From a virus (lineage: Duplodnaviria > Caudoviricetes), in the IMG/VR virus record IMGVR_UViG_3300020050_009955, positions 1 through 64,000 of that record: a stretch of DNA of 64,000 nucleotides. One strand, written 5' to 3'. Both the position numbers and the translations under genes were made by a program. How positions within the stretch are numbered: position 1 is the first letter of the stretch; every line of letters begins with the position of its first letter. The notes under the pieces were generated by a model. The model made no database searches. It had not been told where the DNA came from and saw nothing but the letters and a program-made list of their open reading frames with translations. Below are positions 1 through 9,310 of the stretch, in pieces.

Positions 1-1
1 G

Positions 2-217
2 AAGAAAGCAGCTCAGATTTATGCTGAGTTATTTGGGGAAACACTGTCAGGGGTTAATCTTAATAACAAGATTTACTGCTTATTAGAGAAAGGGTTTCTG
101 TATAGAGATGAGGATAAAGTTATATATCTTAAGCCGTTTTTGCAATCTGCACTTGATGAGCTTAATACGTCTAAGACTATGGAGTTAACTGTAACACTAG
201 ATGTCCAAGATAGTTAG
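2..217 (+). CDS. 5'-truncated ORF, possible winged-helix DNA-binding protein
   Basis: Open frame from base 2 to TAG at 215-217 (KKAAQIYAELFGETLSGVNLNNKIYCLLEKGFLYRDEDKVIYLKP...). Not in the supplied ORF track. The LLEKGFL helix followed by a beta hairpin looks wHTH-like. Confidence 0.5.
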   Translation, partial: KKAAQIYAELFGETLSGVNLNNKIYCLLEKGFLYRDEDKVIYLKPFLQSALDELNTSKTMELTVTLDVQDS

Positions 218-647
218 TTTACATGAGGTAATAAAGCAAGCATCTACTGATCTTAAATATGATCATGAGTTTCTACAACGAATAGCACTTCACCAGTTTT
301 CGTATATTAAGGAGTTTCAAAAGAATCCCACATCTGCTAGGTTACACTTGTCTAAATTTGGGATGTTTGTTATACCTAGGTGGAAGTTTTATGAAACGCT
401 GATTTCGAAGGTGATACCGGCTTGTAGGTTAGATAGGTCACAGCAGATGTTTGATATATTAAATAAGTTCTTGAAACTTAGGTTTACGATTAATGCGTAT
501 TATAGGTATCAAGAATATAAAAAAAGAACGCAAGATGGATTATATGAAAGAACTACGACCAAAGTTGGAAACATTAACGATGATTGGGATATTTCTGGAG
601 AAGGTTCCGATGACAACGATGTCACCTCAAGTTCAAGAGAAATTTAA
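201..647 (+). CDS. HU/IHF-like DNA-binding protein
   Basis: Two N-terminal helices followed by LHLSKFGMF, matching the HU/IHF beta-arm motif. IHF-like genes are typical of crAss-like structural modules. Confidence 0.55.
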   Translation: MSKIVSLHEVIKQASTDLKYDHEFLQRIALHQFSYIKEFQKNPTSARLHLSKFGMFVIPRWKFYETLISKVIPACRLDRSQQMFDILNKFLKLRFTINAYYRYQEYKKRTQDGLYERTTTKVGNINDDWDISGEGSDDNDVTSSSREI

Positions 648-753
648 TGATCTTATTACGAAATCGATAGATAATATTGATTCTCTAATGGATAAGATGC
701 ATAGGCAAAATAACGTGTCAGACGATTTTTCTGACGAAATAAGATTTGATTAA
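535..753 (+). CDS. Hypothetical protein
   Basis: ORF track gives 493-753. The in-frame ATG at 535 (MDYMKELRPK) is more plausible because it reduces overlap. Stops 2 nt before groES. Confidence 0.5.
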   Translation: MDYMKELRPKLETLTMIGIFLEKVPMTTMSPQVQEKFNDLITKSIDNIDSLMDKMHRQNNVSDDFSDEIRFD

Positions 754-755
754 CT

Positions 756-1112
756 ATGAAATTACTACATAATTATGTACTGATTCAACTTACACCTTTT
801 CAGGGTGAGACTGTTACTGAATCTGGAATTATAATTCCAAAGACAACTCCACAAGAAACTGATGGAGGTAGAGTGGTGTCTGTTATAGATGAGAATGCTA
901 AGTATCAACCTGTTGGTGAAGTGCTAGCTGTGTCTGATAAAACTATGGCTGAGATACCAGAGTTAAAACCAGGGGTAAGAGTTAGGGTATCTAGAGCTGC
1001 TATGAATGTAAATCAGCAGTATTATGCAGATACTACTACGCCTGTACAAGAATGGGAAGGGATGATATTAATTCCATCTGGATTGATAGAGTCTGTATTT
1101 GATCAAGAATAA
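756..1112 (+). CDS. groES: Co-chaperonin GroES (Cpn10) with extended mobile-loop region
   Basis: MKLLHNYVLI...TESGIIIP...GEVLAV...LKPGVRV matches Cpn10 motifs. Confidence 0.85.
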   Translation: MKLLHNYVLIQLTPFQGETVTESGIIIPKTTPQETDGGRVVSVIDENAKYQPVGEVLAVSDKTMAEIPELKPGVRVRVSRAAMNVNQQYYADTTTPVQEWEGMILIPSGLIESVFDQE

Positions 1113-1129
1113 AAATTAAAACACCACTA

Positions 1130-1492
1130 ATGAATAAGAATACGAAACTACGTAAAGAATCTCCTTCTCTAAAAGAGAAAGTAGAGACAATTGCAAATAA
1201 TTCTACTACAATGGATAAAAGCCAGATGAAAGCTACAGCACGTCAACAAGATACTGTATGGCTTGAGAATCAGATTAAGCAGTATGAGTTGTCAGAGTAT
1301 AATACTAAACAACTTCTAGCTAAGACTGCACCATTGTTTAAGATTGATAATCAAGGAAAGTTTATTAAACCATCTTTTGTGTCTACTATGATTAATTGGA
1401 AACTAATTCTAGATATCCTTTTGGAGTTGCTATATAAATATATACAGGCTAATAAGACTGATAAAATGCTATGGGATTCTCACAAAAAGTAA
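1130..1492 (+). CDS. Hypothetical protein
   Basis: 120-aa ORF in operon context with an A-rich leader. Confidence 0.6.
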   Translation: MNKNTKLRKESPSLKEKVETIANNSTTMDKSQMKATARQQDTVWLENQIKQYELSEYNTKQLLAKTAPLFKIDNQGKFIKPSFVSTMINWKLILDILLELLYKYIQANKTDKMLWDSHKK

Positions 1493-1866
1493 AGGATATT
1501 TATTCCGGATACACTAATTATTTAAAAGCTGATGAGTTACCTGAATACATTAAAGAACAAGTTCTGTACAGGATGGAGTTATGCAAAGACTGCGCTTCTA
1601 AGCCCTTTTGCCCTTATTGTGGCTGCGTTTCTCCTGTACTTTTCTTTTCTGCTACTAAGACTGACAAACTAGGAAAATGGGGACCAATGGTTCCTGAAGC
1701 AGAGTGGAATAAATTTAAATCCACTCCAGAATATATAAATTTAATGAATCAAATAGATGAAACTAATAGACAGAGCAATACAGGACCTGGGGACGAAGGA
1801 GATTCCAGGACCGAGCAACAATCCGAAGGTGATGCAATTCCTTCAACATCTGGACCCCAAGATTAA
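1471..1866 (+). CDS. Small Cys-rich putative Zn-binding protein
   Basis: RMELCKDC...CPYCGC...LGKW motif. The C-terminal ~36 codons overlap the next gene. Confidence 0.65.
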   Translation: MGFSQKVKDIYSGYTNYLKADELPEYIKEQVLYRMELCKDCASKPFCPYCGCVSPVLFFSATKTDKLGKWGPMVPEAEWNKFKSTPEYINLMNQIDETNRQSNTGPGDEGDSRTEQQSEGDAIPSTSGPQD

Positions 1867-2173
1867 AGAGGAGTCTGCATCATGGTGTTCAGCAGCACTT
1901 AATTACTGGGCTAAGGAATGTAATCTTCCACTGTCTGGTTCTATAGCTGCTAGATCTTGGTTAAAAGTAGGAACTAAGACTCTCACACCTACAAGAGGTA
2001 ATGATATAGTTATTCTTTGGAGAGAATCTCCCCAATCTTGGAAAGGACATGTAGGAATATACCTTCACCATAATAAGGAGGAAGTATGGATTCTAGGAGG
2101 TAATCAGTCAGATGAGGTGAATATATCCCGATTTCCAATATCGAGAGTATTGGAATTTAGAACTCTTTCCTAA
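1757..2173 (+). CDS. TIGR02594-type NlpC/P60-CHAP peptidoglycan hydrolase (candidate endolysin)
   Basis: GTKEIPG..NNP, WCSA (catalytic Cys), ARSW, GHVG (catalytic His) and LGGNQSD motifs. Confidence 0.85.
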   Translation: MKLIDRAIQDLGTKEIPGPSNNPKVMQFLQHLDPKIKEESASWCSAALNYWAKECNLPLSGSIAARSWLKVGTKTLTPTRGNDIVILWRESPQSWKGHVGIYLHHNKEEVWILGGNQSDEVNISRFPISRVLEFRTLS

Positions 2174-2176
2174 CAC

Positions 2177-2677
2177 ATGTATGATATACTAGATTCTTTC
2201 GATGTACATAGGGATTTCTTTGAAGCTAATCCCACTCTCAAGATTATATTTCCAGATATACCATCTACTACAATGTGGGCTATAGCGCTACTGCATCATC
2301 CACAATCTAAGTTTAGAAATATTAATTATCAAGAGAGGAAGAAAGTTATAGAGATGGATTACTTAACGCCACAAGATGCGTATGTAGATTTGGATTCGGA
2401 AGAGCTTATACCTGTAATTGAGAAATTCTCTAAGTTTGCTCTTACTAAGAAGCAACAGTTTTTAAATAACTGGGAAAGAAAGCTTGAGGAACGAGAGGAG
2501 TTTATAGGCAAAATTGAATATAATGCGAATACGTACGAACTTTTGGATAAGATGATGTCTCAGACACAAAAGCTTTGGCAACAGTATTTTCAATGTTTAA
2601 AAGACGTAAATGAAGAAGCATCTACTTACATCACTGGTGGAGCGATGGAATCTTTATTAGAGTCAGGAGAATTTTAA
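2177..2677 (+). CDS. Conserved crAss-like helical protein upstream of terminase (possible small terminase)
   Basis: Helical 166-aa protein ending in GG..ES..E, located near terL. The TerS role is inference only. Confidence 0.5.
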   Translation: MYDILDSFDVHRDFFEANPTLKIIFPDIPSTTMWAIALLHHPQSKFRNINYQERKKVIEMDYLTPQDAYVDLDSEELIPVIEKFSKFALTKKQQFLNNWERKLEEREEFIGKIEYNANTYELLDKMMSQTQKLWQQYFQCLKDVNEEASTYITGGAMESLLESGEF

Positions 2678-2880
2678 TGAGTTACACAGGAAATAGTTTT
2701 GAGGTAGAGGATGCACCATTGGATCACTGCTTCAATTGTCAAACCACACATGTTAGATCTTATAAATCACTCCCCACTGCGAATGAAATATATCTAGTAT
2801 TGTGTTTGGATGAAAAGAAATGCGGGGCTAAGTACCTCGTTGACAAAGAAAATAAACCGAACATAGTCACAAAATTATAA
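2677..2880 (+). CDS. Small Zn-ribbon protein
   Basis: CFNC...CLDEKKC pattern. TAATG-coupled to the upstream gene. Confidence 0.6.
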   Translation: MSYTGNSFEVEDAPLDHCFNCQTTHVRSYKSLPTANEIYLVLCLDEKKCGAKYLVDKENKPNIVTKL

Positions 2881-2888
2881 ATTTATTT

Positions 2889-4508
2889 ATGGCTAAGAAT
2901 GTTACACTCTACCCACAGTCTACTGAAAAACTTCTTGCAGGAGTAAAGACTCTGGCTGATGCGGTAAGAGTTACACTAGGACCGAAAGGTCGTCATGTTA
3001 TTGTTGAGAATGAATATCAGTACCCAGCTGTCACCAAAGATGGTGTCACTGTATCGAATTCTATTACGCTACCAGATCCTGTAGAGAATCTTGGAGCACA
3101 GATTATAAAGCAAGCAGCATCTACTACTGTATCTAAGGTAGGCGATGGTACTACAACTGCTACCATACTAGCTGCTGAGTTCCTTACAAGAGCTCATGAA
3201 TTGATATCTAAGGGATATAATCCAGTGAATATCAAGAATTATCTTGATTCTAGAACTAAAATATCTTTAGAAGTACTTGAAAAACTATCTATGCCAGTAG
3301 AGGTTGATTCTGATAAGTTAGATCAAATCGCTACTATTTCTGCTAATAATGATGCTTTTCTAGGTGGAATTATTGCTGAAGCTATTAAGAAGACTGCAGA
3401 TTCTGGTATCGTAATGGTAGAAGAATCTAAGTCGACTGATACGTATGTAGATATGATAGAAGGATGTAGAATAGATAAGGGGATGATATCTCCTTATTTT
3501 GTGAATAATCCTACTAAGATGTTAACTGAGTATTCAAACCCAGCTATTTTAATTACTGATAAGAAGATTAGATCTACTAATGATATTTCACATATCATGG
3601 AAGCATGTGGTAAAGCTGGAAGATCCTTGCTAATTATAGCGGATGAAGTAGAAGCACAAGCTATCTCTTTAATTGTTACTAATAGAGTTAGAATTAACTT
3701 CCCTGTTGTAGCTATTAAAGCTCCAGGATTTGGTGAGAGAAGAGCTGCATTACTAGAAGACTTAGCGGTTTTTACTAATGGTAAGTTTATTTCTGAGAAT
3801 AAAGGGGATAAGTTATCTAAGGTCACTATGGATGATCTTGGATCATGTAACAAAATAATTGTTACTTTTAAAGATACCACTCTAATTGGACCACATGGAG
3901 ACCCGCTTAAGATTGCTGAGAGAGCTGAACAGATTAGAGGAGAAGTTGCTACTTCCGATCATGATTTTATGGCTAAGTTAAATAAGCAAAGACTTGCTAA
4001 TCTAGCTGGTGCTGTAGGAATTATATATGTTGGAGGTGAGACTGAAGCTGAAATGAGAGAAAGGAAATTTAGAATTGACGATGCACTCCAAGCTACACAA
4101 GCTGCTGTAAGAGGTGGTATTGTAATTGGAGGTGGTATGACATTCTTGGATATTGCTCTAAGTGATCCAACATCTGAATTAGATGAAATGTACAACTCAT
4201 CTTTATTTTCTATATTCCGCCAGATCTGTGAAAACGCTGGAAAAAACTCTTTAGATATTTATAAAAGGATACAAGAAAGAAAAGAAGATGGTAGAACCGC
4301 TCATACAGGATACAATGCCCTTACAGATACAGTAGAGAACCTATTAGAGGCGGGAGTTATAGATCCAACTTTGGTGATATCATCAGCACTAACTGCAGCC
4401 TCATCAGTGGCGCAATTACTTATTACAACATCGGCGACAATAACGCCAGAAAAAACACAAGACACGCTCTCACCTATGGGTGATGACATGAGCTTGCTAG
4501 ATCAATAA
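2889..4508 (+). CDS. groEL: Chaperonin GroEL (Cpn60)
   Basis: VTLGPKGR, TKDGVTV, GDGTTTAT, KAPGFGERR, DDALQAT, GGG and GVIDP motifs. 539 aa with no GGM tail. Confidence 0.97.
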   Translation: MAKNVTLYPQSTEKLLAGVKTLADAVRVTLGPKGRHVIVENEYQYPAVTKDGVTVSNSITLPDPVENLGAQIIKQAASTTVSKVGDGTTTATILAAEFLTRAHELISKGYNPVNIKNYLDSRTKISLEVLEKLSMPVEVDSDKLDQIATISANNDAFLGGIIAEAIKKTADSGIVMVEESKSTDTYVDMIEGCRIDKGMISPYFVNNPTKMLTEYSNPAILITDKKIRSTNDISHIMEACGKAGRSLLIIADEVEAQAISLIVTNRVRINFPVVAIKAPGFGERRAALLEDLAVFTNGKFISENKGDKLSKVTMDDLGSCNKIIVTFKDTTLIGPHGDPLKIAERAEQIRGEVATSDHDFMAKLNKQRLANLAGAVGIIYVGGETEAEMRERKFRIDDALQATQAAVRGGIVIGGGMTFLDIALSDPTSELDEMYNSSLFSIFRQICENAGKNSLDIYKRIQERKEDGRTAHTGYNALTDTVENLLEAGVIDPTLVISSALTAASSVAQLLITTSATITPEKTQDTLSPMGDDMSLLDQ

Positions 4509-4516
4509 TACAAACA

Positions 4517-6814
4517 ATGATCATATCGCAATCGAATTTTATCGAAGAACATATACCAGAATACCATCCGGCAACAACATTATACAAAGATTATTGGCGA
4601 GAACAGATTCGTAGGAATATAGAAGGGTATTGGCAATCAGGATACTGGATGCCACCTAAGCTCTACTTCTATGCCAATTTTGCCACAATTAAAAAGAAGA
4701 TTAACGATAATTCGAAAGTACAAAGCTTTGGAAGACCTCTGCTACGAGATATAGAATGGATAGTATTCCGTGATATAACTGTAGCCAGAGGTTTTTCTGG
4801 TTTTGAACTAGACGATACTTATTCGTGTAATGAGCTTCTACTAGAGGAATTACCTCTTGAGCAGTTGCCACCTTCGTGTATAAATTCACAAGGTCAGAGG
4901 AAGATTTACGAAGATCCTCTATATTATATATCTAAACAGCATGCATCCAATTTAGGCAAAGCTCTATATGAGAATGAAGCTTCTAACTACATTCTGATGG
5001 GAGCTAGAGGATTTGGTAAGTCGTATATGGTAGGTGGAGTAATAGCCCATGAGTTTCTATTTGACGGTATGATGGAATACATACCGGGGCAGAAACCAGA
5101 TTCAGTAGATATTGTTGTAGGTGCAGGACACTCTAATTTCTCCACAGATCTTTTAACTAAAGCTAAGATTATGATGGATAGAGTACCTGGACAGCAAGAG
5201 ATTCTAGGAACAATATATCCATCTCCACTATCTAAAAAGACAATGGGATCCCTAACCCCGTCATCCATTTTAAAAGCTCTCTATAAGAAGCGTATAGGAT
5301 CTAGATGGCAAGATGCGGGATCATTATCTACTATTAAACACGTATCATATGCAGACAATCCATTTGCTGCACAGGGTGGTCGTAACTCTATAATGATATA
5401 TGAAGAGGTAGGTATGCACTCTAATGTACTAGAATGCTTTGATGCTTCTGTAGAAAATATGCGTCTTAATGGACGTAAGTTTGGAACCGCTATCTTCTTA
5501 GGAACTGGTGGTGATATGGAAGGTGGAGGTACCATAGGTGCTAAAGAAATATTTTACAATCCTGGTAAGTATGACGCTCTAAGGTTTGAGGATACTTACG
5601 AGAAGAAAGGACATATAGGAAGATTTATACCAGCTACTTATAACTTAGGCTCTTTGTATAGAGATGATAATAATATCACAGATTTACAAAAAGCTGTAGA
5701 AGAATTACTTAGAAGAAGAAAAGCTAAGGAAAATAAGAAAGGATCGGAATCTGCTTTAACTAAAGAAATTGTAAACAATCCAATAAATCCATCTGAGATG
5801 TTTCTAGCGGAGAATGCAGCACTGTTACCAGCAGCTGAAGCAGCCAGACGTCTACAAGAATTGGAAGCAGATAGATCTTATAATCTTATAGAAAAAGTTG
5901 TGGAGTTATATTTTGACCCAGATGCTAGAGATACTAATAATGTAAACTACAAAATAGATTCTGCTGGAAAACTTAAACCAATAACACAATTTCCACATAA
6001 GGATAAAGATAGGGAAGGCGCTATTATTATATATGAGTTTCCAGCAATGGTAAATGGTAAAGTTCCTGAAGGAGCGTATGTAATAGGACATGACCCTTAT
6101 AAAGATGATAATGAGAGAGGAGATTCACTAGCTTCTATATATGTAGTGAAATCTGCTAAGTATTTTAATGATATAGGTCATGATGAAATTGTAGCTGAGT
6201 ATGTAGGAAGACCATATGATGGTATGAATAAAGTAAATGAAACCATATTAAAGCTTTCTTTATTTTATGGGGAAGCTAAGATATATTTTGAAAATGCAGT
6301 AGGAAATACTAAAGATTACTTCGAAAGAATTAAGAGATTAGATTTACTTGCCACTAAACCAACTGCATTGTTTACTACTACCGCATCATATGCACGTAGT
6401 CCTACAATAGAGTACGGTTACCCAATGTCAAATCAATTTATTAAACGAAAAGGTATATCATATCTTCGAGATTGGTTATTGCAAGAACGAGGGGACGGAA
6501 AACGTAATATAGATCTAATTAATTCGAGAGCACTTCTGCAGGAGATTGCTTACTTTACTTACGAAGGAAACTTTGACCGAGTAATGGGATTAATGGGTGC
6601 TATATTTGGATTAGCACAAATGACTAGAAACATGGAAGAATCTTTGCATATGCCTAAGAAGGATACTTCCCCAAATCTAGATTTTATATTTAATAATAAA
6701 AAACTATTTAGAAATGTTGCAACAAACTTCTTTTCCTCTACAGAGGATGTCGTTGTCCCAGAAACTCAAAAATGGACGTCAGTGGGGCAAAGACATTATA
6801 GATTATATAACTAA
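4517..6814 (+). CDS. terL: Terminase large subunit
   Basis: Walker A GARGFGKSY, Walker B MIYEEVG, GTGG coupling motif and RNase H-like GHDPY...ENA...NFDRV. Directly upstream of the portal gene. Confidence 0.93.
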   Translation: MIISQSNFIEEHIPEYHPATTLYKDYWREQIRRNIEGYWQSGYWMPPKLYFYANFATIKKKINDNSKVQSFGRPLLRDIEWIVFRDITVARGFSGFELDDTYSCNELLLEELPLEQLPPSCINSQGQRKIYEDPLYYISKQHASNLGKALYENEASNYILMGARGFGKSYMVGGVIAHEFLFDGMMEYIPGQKPDSVDIVVGAGHSNFSTDLLTKAKIMMDRVPGQQEILGTIYPSPLSKKTMGSLTPSSILKALYKKRIGSRWQDAGSLSTIKHVSYADNPFAAQGGRNSIMIYEEVGMHSNVLECFDASVENMRLNGRKFGTAIFLGTGGDMEGGGTIGAKEIFYNPGKYDALRFEDTYEKKGHIGRFIPATYNLGSLYRDDNNITDLQKAVEELLRRRKAKENKKGSESALTKEIVNNPINPSEMFLAENAALLPAAEAARRLQELEADRSYNLIEKVVELYFDPDARDTNNVNYKIDSAGKLKPITQFPHKDKDREGAIIIYEFPAMVNGKVPEGAYVIGHDPYKDDNERGDSLASIYVVKSAKYFNDIGHDEIVAEYVGRPYDGMNKVNETILKLSLFYGEAKIYFENAVGNTKDYFERIKRLDLLATKPTALFTTTASYARSPTIEYGYPMSNQFIKRKGISYLRDWLLQERGDGKRNIDLINSRALLQEIAYFTYEGNFDRVMGLMGAIFGLAQMTRNMEESLHMPKKDTSPNLDFIFNNKKLFRNVATNFFSSTEDVVVPETQKWTSVGQRHYRLYN

Positions 6815-9224
6815 GTTTCACGCATTCGTTCCTTCAATGTCCACCTCATACGTAGAGATGGAAAGAAATTACAAACTGTTTAATAATATCATAAATCAAA
6901 AAGATTTTGAAGCAGAATGTAATCCACTAGGTATTGAAGTAGGACAAATGGAAGATGAGATTAAGCCGTATAATAAAATACCAAATAAAATACAAGTTCT
7001 ACTTGGCGAGGAACTCAGACGCCCATTCGTCTACAAAGCTGTTTTAGTTTCTGAAGATGGTATCAAATCAAAGCTTAGACGTAAGAATGAAATGATAACA
7101 CAATATGTTGAAGGCATTATGCAAATGGCTCAACTAGAAGCACAGCAAACTGTAGCCAAACAACAAGAGCAGAATGGTGAAATATCACCAGAACAAGCTC
7201 AACAAATGCAAGAACAAGCACAACAACAGATTCAACAAATTGTAGATACTATATTACCACCAGAACATATAGATAAATATTTACATACTACTTATCAAGA
7301 GTCCTCCGAGATCCTAGCGAATAAGCTACTCAATTATCTTGGATACGCTTTAGATCTAAAGTCTAAAAGAAATGATACATTTAAACACGGATTAATTTCG
7401 GATGTAGAAGCAGCATGGGTAGGTATTGAGAATGAGTCGCCACAAGTAAATGTGATTAATCCTCTAGCCCTATTCTATCATAAATCTACTGAAACTAAAT
7501 TTATTCAGGATGGTTTGTACGCTGGATATAGAGTAAGGATGTCCACTTTAGATGTTCTAAATCTATTTGGAGATTATTTAACTAAAGAAGAAGTGGATGA
7601 GGTACAAAGAAATCCATCTTCTTTAACTAACTATTCTTCATGGGAATCAGAACCTGAGATGAAATATCACTTCTCTGATACACACTTACACCATCAAAAT
7701 GCATACTTAACTACTCCAATAGATGGTACTTATGGTAGATCCTATACTCTAGATCATTTAATATCGCATGTAGAATGGCAGTCTGAATCTAAGATTGGAT
7801 ATTTTACATCACCTAATGAGTATGGGGATATGGAAACTGTTACTGTTACAGAAGATTTTCCAATCCCTCCATATGCTGAAATATCTAATGTTACAGATGA
7901 ATGGGGTGCTAATAAGATGGTGTATACGTTTGATGACTGTACTCTTACATTTCAATGGGTCCCACAAACCTGGTCTGGTATTAGAATTGGAGGAGATAAA
8001 TATGCTAAGATAGCACCAAAACCTTACCAAGTAAGATCATATGCAAATCCTAAAAGAGTTAAATTAGGATATCACGGTATAGTATATTCTAATATGAATG
8101 CTACTTCATGTTCTCTAGTTTCTAGGATGAAACCATTTCAGTATCTATATTTTATAGTAATGCACAAACTTAAGCATTTGATTGCTAGAGATAAAGGACC
8201 ATTACTATCTATTGATACTACTCAAATACCTGGAAATGTAGACCACGATAAGATTATGTACTACATAGAGCAGATGGATCTTAACTTCTACAATCCTCTA
8301 CAGAATGCTGAACAACCAGGATCTGCTCAAAGAGGTAAACCAGTAGAGGTATCATCCAGATCTAATATGCAGCACATTATGAATTATGTGCAACTACTAG
8401 ATAATCTTGATGTGCAAATAGCGGATGTAGCTGGAGTAAACAAACAGAGAGAAGGACAGATTTCATCTAACGAGGCTGTTACTAACTCACAACAAAACCT
8501 ACAACAATCAGCAACTATTACGGAATCTTATTTTTATCTACACTCAAAACTATGGGAAGATATTTATAACTCTCTATTGGAGACTGCTTCTTATGTATGG
8601 AAAGATAAAGAACAAGTATTTCAATGGGTGCTAGATGACTTATCTGCAGAATCACTAGTTATTAAACCAGGAGATTTATCTTTTGGACAAATGGGAGTAT
8701 TTGTACTTGAGTCTTCTAAGCAACATGAGGCATTTGATTTTGCTAAACAACACATGCTTGAGTTGCTACAGAATGATAAAGCTAAGTTTTCTGACTTACT
8801 TAATTTATTCCAGACTTCATCTCTTGCAGAGTTCAAAAGAACTATCGAGAAATCAGAAAGAGAGATGCAACAAAGAGCAGAACAAGAACAGCAAATGCAG
8901 AAACAAATGCAAGACGAAGAGCTACAAACTCAAATTAAATTGTCTGAAATGGCACATGCACAAGCTATGGAGATTGAACAACTTAAAGCAGACACAGCTA
9001 TCAGGAAAGCTGAAATTGATGTATTTAAATTTCAACAAGAATTGGATTCAAACTCCAATGGTGTACCAGATCCTTTAGAAATTGAGAAACTAAGACATCA
9101 AGTAAGACAAGCTGATGAGAAGCTAAAATTAGAAAAAGACAAGCTAAAACAGACTAAAGAAATAAAAGAAGAAGAATTAAAAATTAAAAAGATTCAGGCT
9201 AATAAAAGACCGTCAAAATCGTAA
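6714..9224 (+). CDS. Portal protein (crAss-type)
   Basis: FPLQR...W N-terminus, KIQVLLGEELRRP, SLVSRMKPFQYLY, GVNKQREGQI, C-terminal coiled coil with DSNSNGVPD. Synteny terL-portal-scaffold-MCP. Confidence 0.9.
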   Translation: MLQQTSFPLQRMSLSQKLKNGRQWGKDIIDYITKFHAFVPSMSTSYVEMERNYKLFNNIINQKDFEAECNPLGIEVGQMEDEIKPYNKIPNKIQVLLGEELRRPFVYKAVLVSEDGIKSKLRRKNEMITQYVEGIMQMAQLEAQQTVAKQQEQNGEISPEQAQQMQEQAQQQIQQIVDTILPPEHIDKYLHTTYQESSEILANKLLNYLGYALDLKSKRNDTFKHGLISDVEAAWVGIENESPQVNVINPLALFYHKSTETKFIQDGLYAGYRVRMSTLDVLNLFGDYLTKEEVDEVQRNPSSLTNYSSWESEPEMKYHFSDTHLHHQNAYLTTPIDGTYGRSYTLDHLISHVEWQSESKIGYFTSPNEYGDMETVTVTEDFPIPPYAEISNVTDEWGANKMVYTFDDCTLTFQWVPQTWSGIRIGGDKYAKIAPKPYQVRSYANPKRVKLGYHGIVYSNMNATSCSLVSRMKPFQYLYFIVMHKLKHLIARDKGPLLSIDTTQIPGNVDHDKIMYYIEQMDLNFYNPLQNAEQPGSAQRGKPVEVSSRSNMQHIMNYVQLLDNLDVQIADVAGVNKQREGQISSNEAVTNSQQNLQQSATITESYFYLHSKLWEDIYNSLLETASYVWKDKEQVFQWVLDDLSAESLVIKPGDLSFGQMGVFVLESSKQHEAFDFAKQHMLELLQNDKAKFSDLLNLFQTSSLAEFKRTIEKSEREMQQRAEQEQQMQKQMQDEELQTQIKLSEMAHAQAMEIEQLKADTAIRKAEIDVFKFQQELDSNSNGVPDPLEIEKLRHQVRQADEKLKLEKDKLKQTKEIKEEELKIKKIQANKRPSKS

Positions 9225-9294
9225 TGTATATATAACCGAACTGGTTTTGTAGCTCACTATAGCCGTTTCATTTTAAGTATTAGTATAAATTAAA

Positions 9295-9302
9295 TAACTT
9301 TG
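9295..9302 (+). promoter_or_regulatory. Bacteroidota-type -7 promoter element (TAnnTTTG)
   Basis: TAACTTTG lies 8 nt upstream of the scaffold ATG in the portal-scaffold intergenic gap. Confidence 0.5.
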
Positions 9303-9310
9303 CACCACTT

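Noticed and set aside
2889-4508. groEL as evidence of host chromosome or a prophage boundary
   Set aside because: It is divergent, separated from groES, tightly packed among phage genes, and there is no integrase or other host housekeeping gene.
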